Assembly: GCA_031364845.1 (NCBI GenBank) | Contig: JANLWX010000156.1 | Coordinates: forward strand, 22,105 to 86,104 | DNA: 64,000 nt | Source: Candidatus Eiseniibacteriota bacterium | GTDB taxonomy: Bacteria; Eisenbacteria; RBG-16-71-46 | Direction of reading: 5' to 3' | Part shown: positions 18,849 to 29,737 of the stretch, one piece after another | Layout of the letters: each line of letters opens with the position of its first letter | Position numbering within the stretch: the first letter of the stretch is position 1 | The notes under the pieces: model-generated | The model's input: only the letters and a program-made list of their open reading frames with translations | Database searches by the model: none | What the model was told of the DNA's origin: nothing | Position numbers and translations under genes: made by a program

Positions 18849-21800
18849 TCAGCGCGCGATGCCCGGGGCCATACGATCGACGCGATAGCCCGCCGCGGCC
18901 GCGGAGCGGATCAATTCGGCGCCAAGTTTCGCCAGGCCTGCGCGGCGAAGCAATCGGGTTGACTCATCGGACGGGGCCTCTCCCGCACCCTCGAGTACGC
19001 CGGTCGAGACCAGCCATCGCACCAGCGTCTCGAAGGACTCGCGATGGAACCACCAAGCGTTCTCGTGCAGGTTGATGCGCAACAGGCGGCGAGTGGCGTC
19101 GTCGCTCCACAGTGACTCGAGGAATGCGGGAACCCGCGACGCATCCGCCGCCGCTTCTGCGAATCGATCGCCATGGATCACCAGCGCTTCGATCAGGTCC
19201 ACGCGACGCGAGGCCTCCCGGGAACCGGCCCCCAACGCGTCCATCGTGGCTTCGAGTTCCCGGTCCCATCGATAGGTGCGCAATCCGAGCGGCGCGCCTG
19301 ACGCCCCGGCGCGGATTCGTTCGGCGGACCGCGCGAACAGCCAGCCGAGCACCGTCGCCGGCGCCAGGGAGTCGTCCTCGTGGCCGGCAAGATCCGAATT
19401 CATCACCCGATCGAGCTGCTCGCCGGTCCGGCGCGCGAGGTCTCGTGCTGAGCCCGGCTCGAACGCCGTGCCTTCGCGGCGGCATACTGCAGTGATCAGC
19501 CTCGCGAACTTGTCCTCCACTTCATTGCGCGACCGCGAAAGCTCATCACGCTCAGGATCGGATGCAGGCACTCCGGCGGTCACGGACGGAGGTGCGGCCT
19601 TGCCGGTCCCCGGGGCCGTTGCCGGGTTCGGCTTGGACGACAGAGACGCCTTGGTCGTCCTGGTGGCCGCGGCATGCGTTCGATCGCGTACATCCACCAG
19701 CCAGCGGAACGCGCCCTCGTTCACGAGTTCCCGAAATGGCATCACCACCGGTCGCAGATGCAGCGCCTCGAGCTCGTTCGTGATGTCGGGCACTCCGCGC
19801 CCGCCGAGTTCGGCGGCAAGGGCCGCCCACGGATGCTGCGCGTCGTGCGACACCTCTCGGAAACCGAGGAACACCTGGCAGCGGTAGGCGTCGAGCTGCG
19901 CGTAGAGGCCGCGATCGTGGATCTCCCGTGACGAACGGACGTAGTCGAGCCCCGCGACCGGATCACGGAATACGCAGAACCGGTCCCCGGCCCGCGTGAG
20001 GCCGAGCGTCTCGCCGAGCGACTGCTGGCGCGTCACTTTCGCATCGCCTCCGGTCTTGACGGCAAAGGCAGCCGAAGTGCGGATCCACCCGGCGGTGCTC
20101 GCATAACGATTGTGATAGAGCACGAGGCCGTGCTCGAGGCCCGACCCGTTGGAGAACGCGAACACGTCTTCATTCACGCGACCTTCGTCGGTGAAGAAGT
20201 CGAACAGCCGAAAATTCCGGGCATCGGCGAAGACATGCCGCCGGTGGAGCAACGGGAAGATCTCGCGTTCGTGCCGCTCGATGAGTCCCTGATCCGGAAT
20301 CTCCTGGCGCCCCGCACGGCGGAACTCCATACCGTAGCGTTCCGAGAATCCCTCGATCTGCCCATGCCCGAACATCGGCAGGCCCGGCAGTGTTGCCATC
20401 AACGTGCACACGCCGAAGTACTTGTCGCCGGTGCCGAACTGATCGACCGCCGTGCGCTCGTCCGGGTTGCTCATGAAGTTCACGTAGCGTTTGAGCACGT
20501 CGGCATCGAACTCGAGCGTGCTCTTGATGACGGAACGGTAGTTGGCGTTCTCCTCGTCCCGCAGCATGTTCATGAACGCGCTGTTGTACACGCGATGCAT
20601 GCCGAGGGTGCGCACGAAGTAGCCTTCCATGAGCCAGAACGCCTCGGCGAGCAGCAGCGTGTCGGGGCTCTCCGCGGCGACGCGGTCGACCACCTCGCGC
20701 CAGAACTCCACCGGCATCGCGCGATCGAAGTCCTGCCGCGTGAGCCCATGCTCGGCGCGCGAAGGAATCGCCCCGCCCCCGCCCGGCTCCGGATACCAGA
20801 GACGCTGGTAGTGCTTCTTCGCGAGCGTCATCGCTGCGTCGAGCCGGATCACAGGAAATCCCCGCGCGACATGAAGGATCGTCTGGATCACGGCCTCGCG
20901 GACTTCCGGCTTCAGATAGTCGAGCTGGGCCGTGTCGTTCCACGGCATCGAGGTGCCGTCGTTGCCGTGGTAGACGAAGCGCGTCTCACCGCTGCCGCGA
21001 TCCACGCGCTGGAACACGACCGCGGCATCGGAACGGTCGTAGTAGTGATCGTCGATGCGGATCGCGACGCGATCGTCCCACGACAGGTCGGGCCCGTTGA
21101 ACGAATACGAGGGATATGGCGAATGGTCGAGCGACACGAACCAATCCGGATGATCCATGACCCATTGCGAGTCGATGCCCATGTGATTCGGCACCATGTC
21201 ACTCGCCAGCCGGATGCCGTGCCGCCACGCCCGCGCGCGCAAGTCATCGCTGGCCGCATCGCCTCCGAGTGCGGCGGCGATGCGATAGTCGAGCAGCGAA
21301 TAGGCCGAGGCGTCCGCCTCGGGGTTCCCGCACAGCTGCTTGATGCGCCGTGAACCCGGGCTTCGCTCCCACAGTCCGATCAGCCACAACGAGGTCACGC
21401 CCCAGCGCGCAAGGCGCGCCAGTTCCTCCTCGGGCACCTGATCCAGACGCTCGATTGCGCGACCGTAGGTCCGAGTGAGCTGATCGAGCCACACATACGC
21501 GCTCTTCGCCATCAGCACGACCTGCGGCATCCAGTCGCGGTCCGGGGTGAAGTGCTCGCGCTCATGCTCGAGCGCACGGAAATCGGAGACGTCCCCGCGC
21601 TGCGATGTGGAGGGCCGCGCGCCGAAGCGCATGAAAAACGCGCGCTCGTCCTCGCGGATCACGTCCAGGGTGAGCAGCAGGCGCTTGAGGAAATCGCCGA
21701 GCAAGGCCCCCCAGCGCGTCCGGATGAACTCGAGCTGCGCAGTCAGCGACTGCGGGGCCGCGATCGCGGGGCTGCGCAGCATGTCGGGCAGGCTCTGGTC

Positions 21801-22385
21801 ATCCGGACCGAAGCCCGGCTGCGTCGCGAAGAACGCACCCAGCGCCTCGATCACGGACCGGTAGGCGGTGGACTCCATGACCGAGTCGTCGAACAGCTCC
21901 TGATAGGGCGCGAACGCGGGATTGGCGTTGGCGAGCCACAGCATCATCAGTTCTTCCAGCACGATCTCGCGGTGGGATACACCGGCGGTCGCGCCGGCGA
22001 GGTATTCGTCCCGGCCCGTCTCGCCGCGATAGACCGCGAGCGGCGGGAACGTCTCCGTGAAGCGCACCAGCACGGCGTCGAGATCGCGCCGTCCGACCTG
22101 TTGCTCGATCCAGCCGAGCGCGCGGGTCATCGCATCCATCGCGCGCTGCTCACGGTAGAGTGCGGCGACATGGTGCAGGATTTCGTCGATCAGACCCATG
22201 GCGTGCAGCGATCCGGCCTGCACGGTCTGTCCCGGATTCTTCGCGGCGTCGCGCGCCGCGTTCATCCGCCCGGCCAGCCGGCGCGTCTGTGCGAGATCCG
22301 CGAGGACCACATTGCCGGTGAGCGAAAACCACGGCGCATCCATGCCGTATCGGTCGCGCGCGGCGCGCGAGACGTGGAACTCCAT
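18849..22385 (-). CDS. Large GH13 alpha-amylase-family glycoside hydrolase
   Basis: Starts MEFHVSRAARDRY. DMVPNH, IRLDAAM (nucleophile), LLAEAFW (acid/base), FMSNPDE. Confidence 0.88.
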   Translation of the reverse strand: MEFHVSRAARDRYGMDAPWFSLTGNVVLADLAQTRRLAGRMNAARDAAKNPGQTVQAGSLHAMGLIDEILHHVAALYREQRAMDAMTRALGWIEQQVGRRDLDAVLVRFTETFPPLAVYRGETGRDEYLAGATAGVSHREIVLEELMMLWLANANPAFAPYQELFDDSVMESTAYRSVIEALGAFFATQPGFGPDDQSLPDMLRSPAIAAPQSLTAQLEFIRTRWGALLGDFLKRLLLTLDVIREDERAFFMRFGARPSTSQRGDVSDFRALEHEREHFTPDRDWMPQVVLMAKSAYVWLDQLTRTYGRAIERLDQVPEEELARLARWGVTSLWLIGLWERSPGSRRIKQLCGNPEADASAYSLLDYRIAAALGGDAASDDLRARAWRHGIRLASDMVPNHMGIDSQWVMDHPDWFVSLDHSPYPSYSFNGPDLSWDDRVAIRIDDHYYDRSDAAVVFQRVDRGSGETRFVYHGNDGTSMPWNDTAQLDYLKPEVREAVIQTILHVARGFPVIRLDAAMTLAKKHYQRLWYPEPGGGGAIPSRAEHGLTRQDFDRAMPVEFWREVVDRVAAESPDTLLLAEAFWLMEGYFVRTLGMHRVYNSAFMNMLRDEENANYRSVIKSTLEFDADVLKRYVNFMSNPDERTAVDQFGTGDKYFGVCTLMATLPGLPMFGHGQIEGFSERYGMEFRRAGRQEIPDQGLIERHEREIFPLLHRRHVFADARNFRLFDFFTDEGRVNEDVFAFSNGSGLEHGLVLYHNRYASTAGWIRTSAAFAVKTGGDAKVTRQQSLGETLGLTRAGDRFCVFRDPVAGLDYVRSSREIHDRGLYAQLDAYRCQVFLGFREVSHDAQHPWAALAAELGGRGVPDITNELEALHLRPVVMPFRELVNEGAFRWLVDVRDRTHAAATRTTKASLSSKPNPATAPGTGKAAPPSVTAGVPASDPERDELSRSRNEVEDKFARLITAVCRREGTAFEPGSARDLARRTGEQLDRVMNSDLAGHEDDSLAPATVLGWLFARSAERIRAGASGAPLGLRTYRWDRELEATMDALGAGSREASRRVDLIEALVIHGDRFAEAAADASRVPAFLESLWSDDATRRLLRINLHENAWWFHRESFETLVRWLVSTGVLEGAGEAPSDESTRLLRRAGLAKLGAELIRSAAAAGYRVDRMAPGIAR

Positions 22386-22659
22386 GGTGACGCAACGATC
22401 GTGGGACATTCGGTGGCGGCATCCGGGGCCCGACAGCATGAGCAGGCGTTGGCGGCCGACATCGTAGCAGACTGGCGGATGAACCGCCGATCGAGCACCA
22501 TCGCGCCTCGGTCGATGGCGAATGGGTTGCGCAATTCGGGTGGAGGTCGGATTCGATGGAGCGGTTGGCGGCGCACAGCACGCCGAATCGGGGATGGCAC
22601 ACGACACGGCGCAACTCGTGCCCGATGACGCGAGGCCTCGCGCTGGTTGGGCCGCGAAC

Positions 22660-24438
22660 ATGAGCGGGACCGGCCCGCTCGCCGAGCGCGGCGCGCAGAT
22701 CATTCTCGCGTCCTACGAGATCTACGTCGATCGCTTCCGGGATCTGACGCGCCACGCACGCGCGCACTTCGAAGCGCGCGACTGGCATGCGACCCACCGG
22801 GACTCGGCGCGGCGCCTCGACCTCTACACCGAGCTGGTGGACGAAGGCCTGGCGGCGCTTCGCGTGCTGCTCGGGGCCCGTTTCGAAGAGCGCTCGATCT
22901 GGGCCGCGCTGCGTTCGCGTTTCGAGCAGATGATTGCCGGGCGTGGTGACGACGATCTCGCCGAGACGTTCTTCAACTCGATCACGCGGCGGATCTTCCA
23001 TACGATCGGCGTCGATCCGGCGATCGAGTTCGTCGTGAGCGCCTCCCCCTACCAGCGCGCGTTCGGACGGCCGTGGAGTTTCACTGCCGACTTCGAGCGC
23101 GCGGGCGCGCACGCGTCGCTCTACCGGGAGGTGCTCGAACACTATCGGTTCGCGGTCGACTTCGTCGATACGGACGGCGACGCCGCGCTCATCGCGGCGA
23201 CGGTCGAGGCCGAGCTCGGCGGCCGCGTGGCGGACCGGCTCGAGCTCGCGCGGCCGGTGTTCTATCGCAACATGCGCGCCTATGTCGTCGGAAAGCTGAT
23301 CACCGGCGACACCGAGGTGCCGTTCCTGCTCGCCCTCGCGAATCCTCTCGGCCGGATCGTGGTGGACGCGGTGCTGCTCTCGGCCGACGAGATCAGCATC
23401 GTGTTCAGCTTTGCGCGCTCCTACTTCTTCGTCGAGATCGACATGCCGCGCGAGCTGGTCGAATTCCTGCGCACCGTCATGCCGCGCAAGCCGATTCCCG
23501 AACTGTACATGGCGATCGGGTGCAACAAGCATGGCAAGACCGAGCTGTACCGGTCTTTGCTCAACCACCTGCGCAAGTCGGACGAGCCGTTCGAAATCGC
23601 GCCGGGCCAGCGCGGCATGGTCATGTGCGTCTTCACGCTCCCCGGGTTCGACATCGTCTTCAAGGTGCTTCGCGACCGCTTCGACTATCCGAAGACGGTC
23701 ACTCACGCCGAAGTGCGCGAGAAGTACCGGATGGTGTTCCGGCACGACCGCGCCGGCCGCCTGGTGGACGCCCAGGAATTCGAACATCTGGCGTTCGATC
23801 GGAGGCGGTTCTCGCCCCTGCTGCTCGAGGAATTGACGACTTCGGCCTCGGAGACCGTTCAGGTCCGGGGCGAGCACGTCGTAGTGGCGCATCTGTTTAC
23901 GGAGCGCCGCCTGAGGCCGTTGGACGTCTATCTGACCGAGGCCGGGCCCGACGCGGCCCGGGAGGCGGTGGTCGATTATGGACAGGCGCTCCGCGACCTT
24001 GCCGCGACGAACATCTTCCCGGGTGATATGCTGCTCAAGAACTTCGGGGTCTCGCGGCACGGCCGCCTGATCTTCTATGACTACGACGAGCTGTGCCGGC
24101 TCACCGACTGCGACTTTCGGAGGCTGCCGGCGCCACGTCACGACGACGAGGAGTTCGCGCAGGAACCGTGGTACTACGTCGGGGATCGGGATATCTTTCC
24201 CGAGGAGTTCCGGGCGTTCCTCGGGCTGCACGGCCCTCTGCTCGACGCGTTCCTGGATGCGCATGAGGAACTGCTGAGCGTCGAGTTCTGGCGTGGCATG
24301 CAGGAATTCCACCGGCGCGGCGAAGTTCTCGACGTGTTTCCATACAAGCATGCGAGCCGGTTGCGCCGCGCGCATTCGGACCCGCCTTCTGGGCCATTCA
24401 TCTCGAGGAGCCGAAACAATGAGCACAGTGACGGGTGA
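22660..24438 (+). CDS. aceK: Bifunctional isocitrate dehydrogenase kinase/phosphatase
   Basis: [61 protein letters not shown]...FYDYDE. Alternative start at 22594. Confidence 0.95.
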   Translation: MSGTGPLAERGAQIILASYEIYVDRFRDLTRHARAHFEARDWHATHRDSARRLDLYTELVDEGLAALRVLLGARFEERSIWAALRSRFEQMIAGRGDDDLAETFFNSITRRIFHTIGVDPAIEFVVSASPYQRAFGRPWSFTADFERAGAHASLYREVLEHYRFAVDFVDTDGDAALIAATVEAELGGRVADRLELARPVFYRNMRAYVVGKLITGDTEVPFLLALANPLGRIVVDAVLLSADEISIVFSFARSYFFVEIDMPRELVEFLRTVMPRKPIPELYMAIGCNKHGKTELYRSLLNHLRKSDEPFEIAPGQRGMVMCVFTLPGFDIVFKVLRDRFDYPKTVTHAEVREKYRMVFRHDRAGRLVDAQEFEHLAFDRRRFSPLLLEELTTSASETVQVRGEHVVVAHLFTERRLRPLDVYLTEAGPDAAREAVVDYGQALRDLAATNIFPGDMLLKNFGVSRHGRLIFYDYDELCRLTDCDFRRLPAPRHDDEEFAQEPWYYVGDRDIFPEEFRAFLGLHGPLLDAFLDAHEELLSVEFWRGMQEFHRRGEVLDVFPYKHASRLRRAHSDPPSGPFISRSRNNEHSDG

Positions 24439-25702
24439 ACCGATCGCGGTGAAGGACGGACGCATGGTGGTTCCGGATCATCCCGTTCTCCCCTTCATCG
24501 AAGGTGACGGGACCGGACGCGACATCTGGCGCGCCGCGGTGCGCGTGTTCGACGCTGCGGTGGCCAAAGCGTATGGCGGAACTCGCCGCATCGGGTGGCA
24601 CGAAGTGCTGGCCGGCCAGAAGGCCTTCGACAAGACCGGAAGCTGGCTGCCGGACGAAACACTCGAAGCGTTCCGCACCTATCGCGTCGGCATCAAGGGG
24701 CCCCTCACGACTCCGATCGGCGGCGGCATCCGTTCGCTGAACGTCGCGCTGCGCCAGATCCTCGACCTCTATGTATGTCTGCGTCCGGTGCGCTGGTTCA
24801 AGGGAGTTCCTTCCCCGGTCCGGCATCCGGAAAAAGTCGACATGGTCATCTTTCGCGAGAACACCGAGGACATCTACGCGGGCATCGAGTTTGCGGAAGG
24901 CTCGGAAGAGGCGCGCGCAGTGCTCGCGTTTCTCGAGGAGAAGTTCCCGTCGGCTTACAAGAAGATCCGATTCCCCGGGACCACGGCGATCGGCATGAAG
25001 CCGGTGTCGCGCGAAGGCAGCGAACGGCTGCTGCGTTCCGCGATCGAGTACGCGATCCGGCACCGCCGCGCGAGCGTGACGATCGTCCACAAGGGCAACA
25101 TCATGAAATTCACCGAGGGCGCCTTCCGCAACTGGGGTTACGCGCTCGCCGAGCGCGAGTTCAGCGCTCAGGTCTACACGTGGGAACAGTGGGAACGGAC
25201 GCGCGAGGCCCGGGGAGAAGACGCGGCCAATGAAGAGCAGCGCGCCGCCGTCGCGGCCGGGCGCGTAATCATCAAGGACGCGATCGCCGACATCACGCTC
25301 CAGCAGGTGCTGACCCGTCCCGAGGAGTTCGACGTGATCGCGACCCTCAATCTGAACGGCGACTATCTGTCGGACGCGCTCGCGGCCCAGGTCGGCGGCA
25401 TCGGTATCGCCCCCGGCGGCAACATCAACTACCTCACCGGCCACGCGGTATTCGAGGCGACCCACGGAACCGCGCCCCGCTACGCTGACCAGGACAAGGT
25501 GAACCCGGGCTCGGTCATCCTGTCCGGCGAGATGATGTTGCGCTACATTGGATGGAACGAGGCGGCGGATCTCGTGATCACGGGCATGGATGGTGCGATC
25601 GCGGGGCGGCGCGTGACCTATGACTTTGCGCGGCTCATGGACGGCGCGACCGAAGTGAAGTGCAGCGAATTCGCGGACGCGGTGATCCAATCCATGGGAT
25701 GA
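24419..25702 (+). CDS. icd: NADP-dependent isocitrate dehydrogenase
   Basis: [74 protein letters not shown]. Confidence 0.97.
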   Translation: MSTVTGEPIAVKDGRMVVPDHPVLPFIEGDGTGRDIWRAAVRVFDAAVAKAYGGTRRIGWHEVLAGQKAFDKTGSWLPDETLEAFRTYRVGIKGPLTTPIGGGIRSLNVALRQILDLYVCLRPVRWFKGVPSPVRHPEKVDMVIFRENTEDIYAGIEFAEGSEEARAVLAFLEEKFPSAYKKIRFPGTTAIGMKPVSREGSERLLRSAIEYAIRHRRASVTIVHKGNIMKFTEGAFRNWGYALAEREFSAQVYTWEQWERTREARGEDAANEEQRAAVAAGRVIIKDAIADITLQQVLTRPEEFDVIATLNLNGDYLSDALAAQVGGIGIAPGGNINYLTGHAVFEATHGTAPRYADQDKVNPGSVILSGEMMLRYIGWNEAADLVITGMDGAIAGRRVTYDFARLMDGATEVKCSEFADAVIQSMG

Positions 25703-25783
25703 CCCCCACTCCTCACACCCGCTTGCGGTGCGGCGCCCGCCCCACCCGTCCAACTACCTCTGATCGGATATGAGACCAAGACC

Positions 25784-27631
25784 ATGATCGAAGAACGCAC
25801 ACCCGAGCAAGAAGCCGCGAATACCCCGACCCTGGCCGACGACGATGCCGGTCCTTCAAAGGAATTCGCGCAGGAGCTCGAGCACTTCGAGCATGGAAAG
25901 GCCGCCACGGCGACCGCCGCCCTCAAAGAGGTCAAGGCCGGCGCGAAGGTGCGCGGCCGTCTGGTCGCGATCGGCGACGAACAGAGCATGGTCGAGTTCG
26001 GCGGACGCAGTGAAGGTCTGATCGAGACGCGCCATCTCAAGGACGATGCGGGTGCCCTGAAGCATGCGGTCGGCGACGAACTCGAACTGTTCGTGCTCGA
26101 AGCAGCCGAGCAGGTCGTGCTCGCGCCTTCGTTAAAGGCCGAGGCCGGCAGTGCCGCGCTCCAGCAGATCCGCGCCTCGATGGCCGCGGGGATTCCGATC
26201 AGCGGCAAGGTCACGCGCAAGAACGCCGGCGGGCTGGAAGTCGATCTGTCGGGTGTGCGTGGATTCTGTCCCGTGTCTCAGATCGAGTCGGGCTTCTGCG
26301 CCGATCCGTCGGTCCACGTCGGACGCACCTACGAATTCCTCGTCACGCAGATCAAGGACGCGCGCAGTGTTGTCGTCTCGCGCCGCGCACTCTTACAGAA
26401 GGCGGATCAGGAATCCGCGACGAAGCTGCTCGCATCGCTCAAGCCCGGCGACGAGGTCGAGGGAACGGTGGCGCGGCTCGAGACGTTCGGCGCGTTCATC
26501 AACCTGGGCGGCATGGACGGCCTCGCCCACGTCTCCGAGATCCGCCACGATCGCATCGGCCATCCGCGGGAAGCGCTGACCGTCGGCGAGAAAGTGCGCG
26601 CCAAGGTGTTGCGTCTCGATCACGGCAAGGACGGCAAGCCGCGAATCGCGCTGTCGATCAAGGCGGCCACGCCTGATCCGTGGATCGAGGTCGAGCAGAA
26701 GTTCAAGCAGGGGATGCGCGTGACCGGAACGGTCGTGCGGCTCGCCGAGTTCGGCGCGTTCGTCAACCTCGCTCCCGGAATCGACGGCCTGATCCACATC
26801 TCGGAAGCGTCGTCGCGGCCGGTGGCGCACGTGAAGGAAGTGCTCACGCCCGGTCAGCAAGTCGAAGCCATGGTGCTCGGCGTCGATCCCGCGAAGAAGC
26901 GCATCGCGCTCTCCATGCGCGAGGGTGCGGGTGAACCCGAAGCTCCCGCGCGCAAGCCCAAGTCCGGCGAAACCGCCTCCGGCGTGATCGCCGGCGTGAA
27001 GCCGTTCGGAATTTTCGTCGACCTTCCGATTTACGGACGCCGGGCGCGCGGCCTGGTGCCGCGCGAAGAAACCGGTGCGCCGCGTGATGCCGACCTCGAA
27101 CAGACGTTCAAGATCGGCGAAGCGGTCGAAGTCGAAGTGCTCGATGCCCGTGACGACCGCATCCGGCTCACGATGCGGAGTGCCGCCGATCGCGCGGCGT
27201 CCCCGCCGCAGGACTCCCCGGCGGACCGCGCATCGCGCGCGCCGCGTTCGGGCGGGATGGAGCCGGACCGTGGCGCCCGTCCGCCGATGACCGGCGAGCG
27301 GCCTTCGCGGGGCGCTCGACCGGGTGGCGGTGGCGGAGATCGCGGTGCTCGCAGCGAACGACCGGGTGGTGGCGGCGGCGGAGATCGTTCCGGACGCAGC
27401 GAACGCTCGGGTGGCGTCGGCCCCGGCCGTGGAGATCGCACCGGCCGCGGCGAACGTTCGGGTGGTGGAGGCGGCGGTGATCGCGGCGGCCGCGGAGGCA
27501 TGGCGCGGGAGTCACGCTTCGACCCGCGCTACGAGCGCCCGGCAGCTCCTGCCGGTCCGCCCGAGCCGACGACCATGGCCATCGCGCTGCGCAAGGCGAT
27601 GGAAAAGGCGAAGGAGAAAGCCGGCTCCTGA
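25784..27631 (+). CDS. Multi-S1-domain RNA-binding protein (RpsA-like) with Gly/Arg-rich C-terminal tail
   Basis: About five S1 repeats (e.g. GTVARLETFGAFINLGGMDGLAHVSEI) followed by a low-complexity GGGGDR tail. Confidence 0.85.
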   Translation: MIEERTPEQEAANTPTLADDDAGPSKEFAQELEHFEHGKAATATAALKEVKAGAKVRGRLVAIGDEQSMVEFGGRSEGLIETRHLKDDAGALKHAVGDELELFVLEAAEQVVLAPSLKAEAGSAALQQIRASMAAGIPISGKVTRKNAGGLEVDLSGVRGFCPVSQIESGFCADPSVHVGRTYEFLVTQIKDARSVVVSRRALLQKADQESATKLLASLKPGDEVEGTVARLETFGAFINLGGMDGLAHVSEIRHDRIGHPREALTVGEKVRAKVLRLDHGKDGKPRIALSIKAATPDPWIEVEQKFKQGMRVTGTVVRLAEFGAFVNLAPGIDGLIHISEASSRPVAHVKEVLTPGQQVEAMVLGVDPAKKRIALSMREGAGEPEAPARKPKSGETASGVIAGVKPFGIFVDLPIYGRRARGLVPREETGAPRDADLEQTFKIGEAVEVEVLDARDDRIRLTMRSAADRAASPPQDSPADRASRAPRSGGMEPDRGARPPMTGERPSRGARPGGGGGDRGARSERPGGGGGGDRSGRSERSGGVGPGRGDRTGRGERSGGGGGGDRGGRGGMARESRFDPRYERPAAPAGPPEPTTMAIALRKAMEKAKEKAGS

Positions 27632-27649
27632 TCACGCGGCAACGACGAC

Positions 27650-27684
27650 AAAGCCGGGAACACGATGTCGTGTTCCCGGCTTTT
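27650..27684. terminator. Rho-independent terminator, probably bidirectional
   Basis: AAAGCCGGGAACACGA-TG-TCGTGTTCCCGGCTTTT between convergent genes. Confidence 0.85.
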
Positions 27685-27704
27685 CGATACCCGGATCCGA
27701 AAGG

Positions 27705-28085
27705 TTACTTGCCCCCGGACACCGCACCTTCGTTGTAACGGCACAGGAACTTGCAGGCCTTCTTGCGTCCTTCGATCGCCTTCTTCGCATCGCGATAGCG
27801 ATCGTGCTCGTACTTGCGACAATCCAAGTTCGAGCCGCAGGCGCGAATGACTCGCTTGTGGAGTTCGAGTTCGGCATCCAGCGCACTGCGGTGATCGCGG
27901 TCGCAGCGCATGGTGCATTCCTTGTGTCGAGCGTCGAGTGGACCGTTGCCGCCCTTGGTGATCTGGAGCGTGGGATCGTTCACACTGCGACACTGTGAGA
28001 GTCCGAGGCCCACGCTCGCGAGTGCGAGCACCAAGAGCCCCGCGCGCAATGCGCGCCCAGATCGTTTCGGTTCATGAGAGATCAC
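27705..28085 (-). CDS. Cys-ladder small lipoprotein, paralog 1 (tail YNEGAVSGGK)
   Basis: GTG at 28085 preceded by AAGGAG. Basic N-region, hydrophobic helix, LSQC. Cys spacing 3-21-5-21-3. Homologous to the genes at 42814 and 43435. Confidence 0.85.
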   Translation of the reverse strand: MISHEPKRSGRALRAGLLVLALASVGLGLSQCRSVNDPTLQITKGGNGPLDARHKECTMRCDRDHRSALDAELELHKRVIRACGSNLDCRKYEHDRYRDAKKAIEGRKKACKFLCRYNEGAVSGGK

Positions 28086-28480
28086 GGCTATCTCCTTCGC
28101 GTGGTGCATGCCCTGCTTCCGTCGGAATTCGACGGCGCTTTGCGAACTTCCGGTCCGTGCGGGGGCAAGGAACGGGCCAGAAAGTCCATCACGCCGAGTT
28201 CTCTGCGGGGGCAGCACTTGCGGGCCTGGGCAGGTGCTGTCGATAGGGCGCAAAGTTCCCGGACCTGCAAACTGTAATCCGCCCTTTACAATCCGACAAG
28301 TCCGGAATCTGTTGCTTGCGCCGATCCCGCACGTCCTGTTTCGTCTCCGTGGACGTCCGATGCCTCGATGCTCGAGACGGTTGTTCGGCCCCGCCCGACA
28401 CCTTATCTTGCCCCCTCACATCGACTCGATCGGGGCGCACCGCCCCCGGTTCCCAACGCCATCACGTAAGGAGCGGGTTC

Positions 28481-28909
28481 ATGTCACCAGCGCGCGAAGG
28501 CGACTCCGTGCGGGTCCACTACATTGGGAAGTTGCTCGACGGCACGGTTTTCGACTCTTCATCGGGGCGCGAACCGCTCGAGTTCACGATCGGATCGGGA
28601 ATGCTGATCCCGGGATTCGAGCGCGGAGTGATCGGCATGGAGCCCGGTGAGCGGCGCACCACCACGATCCCCGTCGCCGATGCCTATGGCCCGCGCATCG
28701 AAGAAAACGTGGTCGTCGTCGAACGCAGCGAACTGCCACCGGGAATGGATCCGAACGTCGGTGAGCATCTGGAAATCAGCGGTGATGAAGGTGAAAAAAT
28801 TTCGGTGCGGGTAACCGAGACTTCGGCGAGCAGCATCACGCTCGATGCCAATCATCCGCTCGCCGGCCAGGACTTGGTCTTCGACATCGAGTTGCTGGAT
28901 ATCTCCTAG
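28481..28909 (+). CDS. FKBP-type peptidyl-prolyl isomerase (SlpA/SlyD-like, no His-rich tail)
   Basis: AAGGAG RBS; VRVHYIGKLLDGTVFDSS...LIPGFE...AYG...LDANHPLAGQDLVFDIEL. Confidence 0.93.
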   Translation: MSPAREGDSVRVHYIGKLLDGTVFDSSSGREPLEFTIGSGMLIPGFERGVIGMEPGERRTTTIPVADAYGPRIEENVVVVERSELPPGMDPNVGEHLEISGDEGEKISVRVTETSASSITLDANHPLAGQDLVFDIELLDIS

Positions 28910-28929
28910 CCACCACACGGAGGACACGG

Positions 28930-29658
28930 GTGTCGATGAATCGCGCGCGTTCCGGGGCAGCTTCGGCATCGACCATCGTCACCACGGTCGTTCTTTTCGT
29001 GCTGGTCCTCTCGTGCAGTGTGATCTTCGGTGTTCCGGCAAGCCGGCCGTTCGGTCGGATGCTGATCCACGAGAACGGCCCGGTCGAAATGGCCACGTTC
29101 CTGGCATTCATCTTCGGCGGACTGATCGCGCTCACCGGGGCCTGGCGACTCCGGCGCGCGCCGGACAAGGGCCGGCTCGTGATCCTGATCGTGGCGTTCG
29201 CGCTCGCGTGGATGTTCGCGGGCATGGAAGAGATCTCCTGGGGTCAGTCGCTGATCGGCTTCGCCTCGCCGCAGGGCATGGATCGCTTCAATGTCCAGAA
29301 CGAAACCAACATCCACAATCTCGAAGGTGTTCAAAATCTCCACTCGTTCCTGCTGTTCCTGCTCGGTGCAGGAGGACTCGCGCTGGCCGCCTGCATCGAA
29401 CGCTGGCGCTATCCGGAACTGCGCGTCCCGGGCAGCACTAAGGCGTGTCTCACGGTCGTCGCGATCCTCGGGCTGTTCGACTGGATCACCGACAACTATC
29501 CCTTCGGCAATCCCGCGGACACGATCATCGGCATGCTCGCCGAGGTGAACGAAATGGTGCTCGCGTTTGCGGGCCTGCTGTTTGCGATCGCGGTCGTATC
29601 ACGAATCGCGACGCGCGCCCGCGACGGCGTGGTGCGACCCGGGCCCTCGCCTCGTTGA
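28930..29658 (+). CDS. Multi-TM membrane protein of unknown function
   Basis: About 6 TM segments with ENGPVE, EEISWGQ and NVQNETNIHN motifs; GGAGG RBS. Confidence 0.75.
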   Translation: MSMNRARSGAASASTIVTTVVLFVLVLSCSVIFGVPASRPFGRMLIHENGPVEMATFLAFIFGGLIALTGAWRLRRAPDKGRLVILIVAFALAWMFAGMEEISWGQSLIGFASPQGMDRFNVQNETNIHNLEGVQNLHSFLLFLLGAGGLALAACIERWRYPELRVPGSTKACLTVVAILGLFDWITDNYPFGNPADTIIGMLAEVNEMVLAFAGLLFAIAVVSRIATRARDGVVRPGPSPR

Positions 29659-29669
29659 TCGATACGCGC

Positions 29670-29711
29670 GGCATGCGGGCGCCGGAACTTCGCGCCCGGC
29701 GCCCGCATGCC
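29670..29711. other. Perfect 16-bp intergenic hairpin upstream of pfp
   Basis: GGCATGCGGGCGCCGG / CCGGCGCCCGCATGCC; no U-tract. Confidence 0.55.
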
Positions 29712-29737
29712 CTATGTTCCCCGCAGGAGGAAATCGC

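Noticed and set aside
22150..25753. Long antisense/alternative-frame ORFs (e.g. 22150-24465, 24398-25753; also 11989-13557, 37800-39824, 47348-49594)
   Set aside because: Shadow ORFs typical of high-GC DNA. They overlap genes with clear family motifs and show no motifs of their own.
28205..28290. GGGCGCAAAG plus hairpin resembling part of a c-di-GMP-I riboswitch
   Set aside because: The GAAA-tetraloop stem and closing P1 pairing are not evident. Only a simple hairpin (about 28210-28241) is supportable; an Infernal search would be needed.
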